DNA of 64,000 nucleotides, from the NCBI GenBank assembly GCA_963811105.1, contig CAWEPZ010000011.1, positions 1,408,001 to 1,472,000 of the forward strand, in the 5' to 3' direction. The notes under the pieces were generated by a model. It had not been told where the DNA came from, did not search any database, and worked only from the letters and a program-made list of their open reading frames with translations. Positions within the stretch are counted from its first letter, which is position 1. Each line of letters opens with the position of its first letter. This DNA is from Candidatus Bathyarchaeota archaeon (GTDB lineage Archaea; Thermoproteota; Bathyarchaeia; Bathyarchaeales; Bathycorpusculaceae). The translations under genes were made by a program, and so were the position numbers. Of the stretch, positions 59,731 to 64,000 are shown piece by piece.

Positions 59731-60114
59731 TTACGCTTGTTGTAAGTGTTTTTGAAGGTCTAATTCGAAGCTATCTACGAGTGCAGTTAGGCTTTCAGTG
59801 ATTTCCTTTACACGCTCAAGTGCGTGCTTTTTTATTGTTGTTGGGTCAAGCATAGCGTAAGTGTGGTAATATCCGCCGCCTTTGAGGGATTTTGACTGCC
59901 TATTTACTAAATTTATGCTAACAAGCTTAGAAAGACAGCGGTGTACTGAGCTTCGATCCTTCTGCACTATTTTTGCGATTTGATCAAGTGTAGCGTTTTC
60001 ATTTTTTGCCAGCTCAGCGAGGACTTCAAGGTCTGAGGGTTTTAGGTTGTATAAGCATGTAAGTAAGTCGGCGCAGGAGGCGCCCTTTCTTGTTAGTAGG
60101 TTAATGCTGTCCAT
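59731..60114 (-). CDS. TrmB-like / COG3355 HTH regulator with an N-terminal Cx5C motif
   Basis: CADLLTCLYNL, TLDQIAKIVQKDRSSVHRCLSKL, GGGYYHTY. Confidence 0.85.
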   Translation of the reverse strand: MDSINLLTRKGASCADLLTCLYNLKPSDLEVLAELAKNENATLDQIAKIVQKDRSSVHRCLSKLVSINLVNRQSKSLKGGGYYHTYAMLDPTTIKKHALERVKEITESLTALVDSFELDLQKHLQQA

Positions 60115-60147
60115 AAGAAGTGATTATCTAATCTCCCATATAAACGA

Positions 60148-60168
60148 TATTGTTAGGTATTGACAATA
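60148..60168. promoter_or_regulatory. Palindromic operator candidate between the regulator and the divergent operon
   Basis: TATTGT-TAGGTATTG-ACAATA inverted repeat. Confidence 0.55.
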
Positions 60169-60222
60169 CCGTAAGATATATTTGGAAGAGAACAGCAATC
60201 TTACAGCATAGGAAGTATAGCA

Positions 60223-60330
60223 ATGCAGAAAAAAATTGAATGTCCACACGGTATTCCTGAAGAGCTATGTGACCACTCTCCAACCTGCAAGGTCTGGGTA
60301 GCAAGGTTAAACGCTCAAAAACAAGCTTAA
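60223..60330 (+). CDS. 35-aa Cys/His micro-protein (not in ORF track)
   Basis: MQKKIECPHGIPEELCDHSPTCKVWVARLNAQKQA*; purine-rich AGGAAG upstream; first gene downstream of the palindrome. Confidence 0.55.
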   Translation: MQKKIECPHGIPEELCDHSPTCKVWVARLNAQKQA

Positions 60331-60364
60331 AATCCGATCGCGAAGAAAATGAGGTATTTAATGC

Positions 60365-60508
60365 ATGTATCAGGAAAATGAATTAGAACAAATAAGACTT
60401 AGAAAAATTCAAGCAATGCTAGACGCCGCCAAAAAAGGTCAAACACCAGTTGCAAAACCGTCAATAATTCTGACTGATATGTCAATTACTTGGAAGAGGC
60501 TGGCATGA
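60365..60508 (+). pseudogene. Truncated archaeal thioredoxin (N-terminal leader only)
   Basis: MYQENELEQIRLRKIQAML...KPSIILTD resembles the ELExIRxRK...PxxLTD N-terminus of archaeal thioredoxins; no WCxxC; ATGA overlap with the next gene. Confidence 0.6.
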
Positions 60509-60984
60509 CAGAACCAAAAAACGGTCGCCCAATTTTCTTCCCAGAAAAACTAGTTCTCCTTGGTAACCTAGCGCTTTTCCTATGGATTGTTATTGATTCA
60601 GTGGCTTTTCTGCTATATAATTTTACAACAGGTATCGTGTTCTTTATCCTAACACTTATCTTGATTTATGGTGTACTTCACCTTCTGGGATGCCTACGTC
60701 CATGCTACAATTGCATAAAATGCACTCATGGCATGGGTCGCTTGGCAGCCTTGTACTTTGGCAGACGCATCTTCAAAGACTACAAATACAACTACAAACT
60801 GCCCACAGCAATATTTTTCACAATATACATCGGAGGATTCCCCGCAGCATTCGCACTTTACTCAGCCATCGTAGATTTCACGGCCATCAAAGCAGCAGTG
60901 TTTGTGGCTCTCTTAGTGTTTACGATTTATAGTGCTTTAACATGGCGACCAAGAAAACCAAAAAACCCAAAAGAGGTAGTATAG
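60490..60984 (+). CDS. Membrane protein with a Cys cluster (start probably 60505)
   Basis: About 4 TM segments; CLRPCYNCIKCTHG. Confidence 0.8.
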   Translation: MEEAGMTEPKNGRPIFFPEKLVLLGNLALFLWIVIDSVAFLLYNFTTGIVFFILTLILIYGVLHLLGCLRPCYNCIKCTHGMGRLAALYFGRRIFKDYKYNYKLPTAIFFTIYIGGFPAAFALYSAIVDFTAIKAAVFVALLVFTIYSALTWRPRKPKNPKEVV

Positions 60985-61001
60985 CCTCGGGAGCGTTTAA
61001 C

Positions 61002-61176
61002 GTGATTAAGCTTTTGTTGCTTGTTAGCTTACTAGGAATTTCGGCGTTTGCTGTAGTCAGTCGGGTTATAAATCGCAATAAGGCGTTGTGGAAACCTTCC
61101 AAGTGAGGGCTATGCATAAGCCTTCATTGAACCAAACAGCTGTTTACAATGTGTTGAGTGTCAGGCAGCAAAGGCA
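61002..61176 (+). pseudogene. Remnant of a membrane-protein C-terminus plus ferredoxin 5' end (paralog of 48721-48860)
   Basis: ...AFAVVSRVINRNKALWKPSK*, then GTGAGG and ATG HK, frameshift, FIEPNSCLQCVECQAAKA, truncated. Confidence 0.7.
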
Positions 61177-61318
61177 CGGGCAGTTTATACAGACTATAAG
61201 TTCATACGTGTACAAATCTGGTAAATTGATTCACTTATCTTTTTTCCTTGTTCTTGATTGATTAGGCAATGCACAATCAGGTGACCTGAACCTGTTCAGG
61301 TATGCAACGGACCGCACA

Positions 61319-62020
61319 TTACCTTCTTTGCAATCGTGGGAAGAACATGGGCGTTTTCTGTTTGTATTGGCGATATTCTTCACCGAATTTTTCCTCAACC
61401 TCTTTTTCCTCTATTCTTGCCAAGCGATAATACAGCACGATTAACAATGGCCACATGAGAAGCGTTAGAACCGTCGTGTACTGAATGTTCATGCCTAGCG
61501 TTAACAAGAGAAATCCAAGGTATTGCGGATGGAGGACATAACGGTAGATTCCATCGTTTACAAGCTTGCCTTTGGAGAGGTGTATTTTTCTCCACCCAAC
61601 CACAATCAGGAGCAAGCCTGCCAGAATCAAAACGTTGGAGATGGGCAAGATAAACCAGTGAAAAATCACCATAAATGTACCTGCACCTACTATACCTGCG
61701 AGCAGAAACTCAAGCATATAGACTTTGTTGTAGCCTAAGCCCCAGCTGAAAATATACATAGTTAAGGGAAAACCGTACATTTCAGCGTACAAGGCAACTA
61801 TGAAAGCTAACGTGGCGCTTGCTGGTAGCCTAGCCATTCTGCGCCTAAACTGGATGAAAACAATAAAGATAGCGAAAAAGATGATGTTAATGGCTAAAAA
61901 AAGCCAATCGCCAAACCCATAGACGGCGACAGTTAGCCAGAATAAAATGAGCGACAGGATAACTGCCAAAATTATGAGACCAAAAACGTTTGCGTATTTC
62001 TTGATTGTTTGCAAAATCAT
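61319..62020 (-). CDS. Isoprenylcysteine carboxyl methyltransferase (ICMT/PEMT) family membrane protein
   Basis: ALYAEMYGFPLT, LVNDGIYRYVLHPQYLG, EEKEVEEKFGEEYRQY..TPMF. Confidence 0.88.
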   Translation of the reverse strand: MILQTIKKYANVFGLIILAVILSLILFWLTVAVYGFGDWLFLAINIIFFAIFIVFIQFRRRMARLPASATLAFIVALYAEMYGFPLTMYIFSWGLGYNKVYMLEFLLAGIVGAGTFMVIFHWFILPISNVLILAGLLLIVVGWRKIHLSKGKLVNDGIYRYVLHPQYLGFLLLTLGMNIQYTTVLTLLMWPLLIVLYYRLARIEEKEVEEKFGEEYRQYKQKTPMFFPRLQRR

Positions 62021-62021
62021 C

Positions 62022-63437
62022 TTACCCTTCGTTATCTAATTTGGGAGCCATCTGCCGGATTAGCTTGTTTTTTCCTCTTCTTACTTTTGCGAGATATACT
62101 ACCCCGACCACTAAAGCAATTGCGATTGCTGCCATTGTTATCGCATAGAATTCAACAGTAACCTGTGAAGCTTCCGAAGATCCAGCGTCCCAAGGTTTCA
62201 TTAAAGGATAATTATCCACATTGTTCGAGTCCATAACATACGGTATGTCGCAGACGCCGTCGCTTCCGGTTTGGTTTTGCCAAGCCCCACTTTTAACGTC
62301 GACTCCTTTGTAATTACTCCAGTAGTTACCGCCGCTTGGGTAGCAGTTATCCCATGAATTGATGTTTTCTCCATAAAGCAATGATTGTCTTGGGTTAGCC
62401 ATCAAGTTGTTGTGGTAGAACTTGTTATCTGAGGAATAGGATAAGAAGATCCCATATCCGCCATTGTCCTTCAGAGTGTTGCCTTCTATAGTGCAGTCAG
62501 AAGAGTTCACTAAGGCTATTCCGCCCCAAATGTTCTCGCTGATATTATTGCCAATTACTGTGCAGCTAGAGCTTTCTATTAGCCATACGCTGTCCTCCCC
62601 TAGGGAGCTTGTTGTGTTAGTCACTGTTGAATTTGTAGTGTAAGCAAGTAGGACGTTCTGCCAATTCTCTCTCAAACTGGAGCCTGAAACGGTAATATCG
62701 GTGCAGTTTATGGCCGCTATGTAACCTGCATTCTTTGGGGTCTGTTTGCCTGATTGGTTAACCCAGTAAATTATTGGTTTACCATCTACCGTGTTTGACG
62801 TCCCAATGTCTTGGATGTAGCCTTCAAGGTTGCTACTGTAGACTCCAAAATTAAATTTGTTCGCCGCTAGATTGTTGTTTTGTAATTGACTTTTGTCTGA
62901 TTGAAGCATGTAGATGCCGATGTTGTTGTTTACCACTAAATTGTCAGAGATGGATGAGCCCACGGAGTAGTTTAGATATATACCACTGTCGGTAAAGTTA
63001 TTTCCGCTGTTTTGAATAGTAAACTCACGTACAACAGTATCATTTGCGTTTATCCAGACAACTGTGCCTTTATCGCCGCCATCAATTATGGTTAACGTTT
63101 TATCTTCGCCCTCCAAAGATATCGGCTTATCAATTACTATATTTTCATTGTAGATTCCTTTCTTTACAAAAATTGTGTCTCCCATAGAGGCTTTAGCTAT
63201 TGCTCCACTTATTGAGGGGTAATCTTGAGGGACAACAATGGTTTTTTCAGTGGCTCTTACTGGTTGAAAAGAAACATCGATCAAACTTAGGAATGTCAAA
63301 AGGAAGAGGATCATGACAAATGTTGCTTTGTAATAATTTGTCATTGTTATATAATATCCTTGAATTCTTAAAAATGTATTTTTCTTAATTTCTAATAGCG
63401 ATTTTAAAGTTAAAAGGGACTTTGTTCTTAAATGCAT
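62022..63437 (-). CDS. NosD/CASH parallel beta-helix surface protein (start probably near 63344)
   Basis: VPQDYPSISGAI, GDTIFVKKGIYNE, PbH1 repeats, NTVDGKPI, GGNYWSNY, DNYPLM; C-terminal TM. Confidence 0.88.
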   Translation of the reverse strand: MHLRTKSLLTLKSLLEIKKNTFLRIQGYYITMTNYYKATFVMILFLLTFLSLIDVSFQPVRATEKTIVVPQDYPSISGAIAKASMGDTIFVKKGIYNENIVIDKPISLEGEDKTLTIIDGGDKGTVVWINANDTVVREFTIQNSGNNFTDSGIYLNYSVGSSISDNLVVNNNIGIYMLQSDKSQLQNNNLAANKFNFGVYSSNLEGYIQDIGTSNTVDGKPIIYWVNQSGKQTPKNAGYIAAINCTDITVSGSSLRENWQNVLLAYTTNSTVTNTTSSLGEDSVWLIESSSCTVIGNNISENIWGGIALVNSSDCTIEGNTLKDNGGYGIFLSYSSDNKFYHNNLMANPRQSLLYGENINSWDNCYPSGGNYWSNYKGVDVKSGAWQNQTGSDGVCDIPYVMDSNNVDNYPLMKPWDAGSSEASQVTVEFYAITMAAIAIALVVGVVYLAKVRRGKNKLIRQMAPKLDNEG

Positions 63438-63516
63438 AACTGAATGTAGCTCGAAACACGATTAGATTAAAAAAACCATTTGAGTTTAAGCAGTTGCACT
63501 CTTGCCATTTTGCTCC

Positions 63517-64000
63517 TCAAATGATTGGCTTTACGTTTGCCTGATGAATCAACCTTATCTTTATTTGATCATTTAGTACAATTCCAAAAACAAAGAACCA
63601 ACCTAACACTATGACTACGTAAAGTAGTGGTATTGGTGCCAATCCTGGTATCCCGATAACTGATAACAGTGAAGAGATGATTATATCAACAATAACTGCA
63701 ATCAAGAGGGGCTTACTTGGTTTTGATTTCCAGAAATTGTCTCTTTCTCGTACCACAAAAATTGTGAATAACCCACCGAATAGCAGCATATCAAAGACAA
63801 ACGTGTTTAACTGAGAAATATTTGAAAGATTCAAGTATGTTAACCCCAAGTAGAGTAGTCCAAAGGATTCGGCAACGATAAAGAGGCCTAAGATAATCGA
63901 TGCCTTAAGAAGCGAAGCGATATTCCACGTTTCAGGCTTCTCTGAAGGCATAGTGTTATCGGTAGCAAGTGAAATAGTTACAAAATCAACTAAAAATAGT
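63517..64000 (-). CDS. P-type ATPase C-terminus (plasma-membrane H+-ATPase type), starting beyond the right edge
   Basis: The frame extends upstream as ..LVDFVTISLATDNTMPSEKPETW; also FVVRERDNFWKSKPS. Confidence 0.82.
   Translation of the reverse strand, partial: LFLVDFVTISLATDNTMPSEKPETWNIASLLKASIILGLFIVAESFGLLYLGLTYLNLSNISQLNTFVFDMLLFGGLFTIFVVRERDNFWKSKPSKPLLIAVIVDIIISSLLSVIGIPGLAPIPLLYVVIVLGWFFVFGIVLNDQIKIRLIHQANVKPII

Noticed and set aside
273-61738. Many 60-170 aa ORFs antisense to or overlapping confident genes (e.g. 273..461, 8009..8398, 33327..33839, 56688..57116)
   Set aside because: Shadow ORFs of real coding strands, with no independent motifs

Overview
This 64-kb window is archaeal. 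Rpo12, translin, Tyw1, deoxyhypusine synthase, Mer/F420 genes and many PQQ-type beta-propeller and NosD-type surface proteins fit Bathyarchaeia; that placement is an inference from gene content only. The left ~35.5 kb is mostly housekeeping: RFC small subunit, tRNA-modification genes, rpo12, a nucleotide-sugar operon, guaA, cysE/cysK, tRNA-Leu(GAG), argS, two convergent DHS paralogs, an RLAN/ATP-grasp/GCS2 ligase cluster and an F420 module (cofE, mer, cofC, npdG). A small accessory block follows the tRNA. At 35894-37299 there is an intact IS5/IS903-like element with perfect 18-bp inverted repeats. Beyond it lies a ~27-kb metal/Fe-S/redox accessory region (CopA, Mrp, NifX-like proteins, IscU, MinD-ferredoxin ATPases, CDFs, SufCB, an AhbD-like radical SAM fusion) with many decayed gene remnants. 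The most interesting signals are: (1) a Cys-tailed Lrp regulator plus three identically built operator-TATA-operator promoters (GTTTATTTTATAAAC, 31-bp spacing), suggesting an Fe-S/metal-sensing regulon that includes a distant surface beta-propeller gene; (2) an HTH-CxxC regulator coupled to a surface protein with a cytoplasmic WCP leader, a candidate archaeal transmembrane signalling pair; (3) an AhbD-like radical SAM enzyme with a ~345-aa unexplained N-terminal fusion; (4) a Cys/His micro-protein missed by the ORF track. No database searches were run; all calls come from motif recognition and manual translation.
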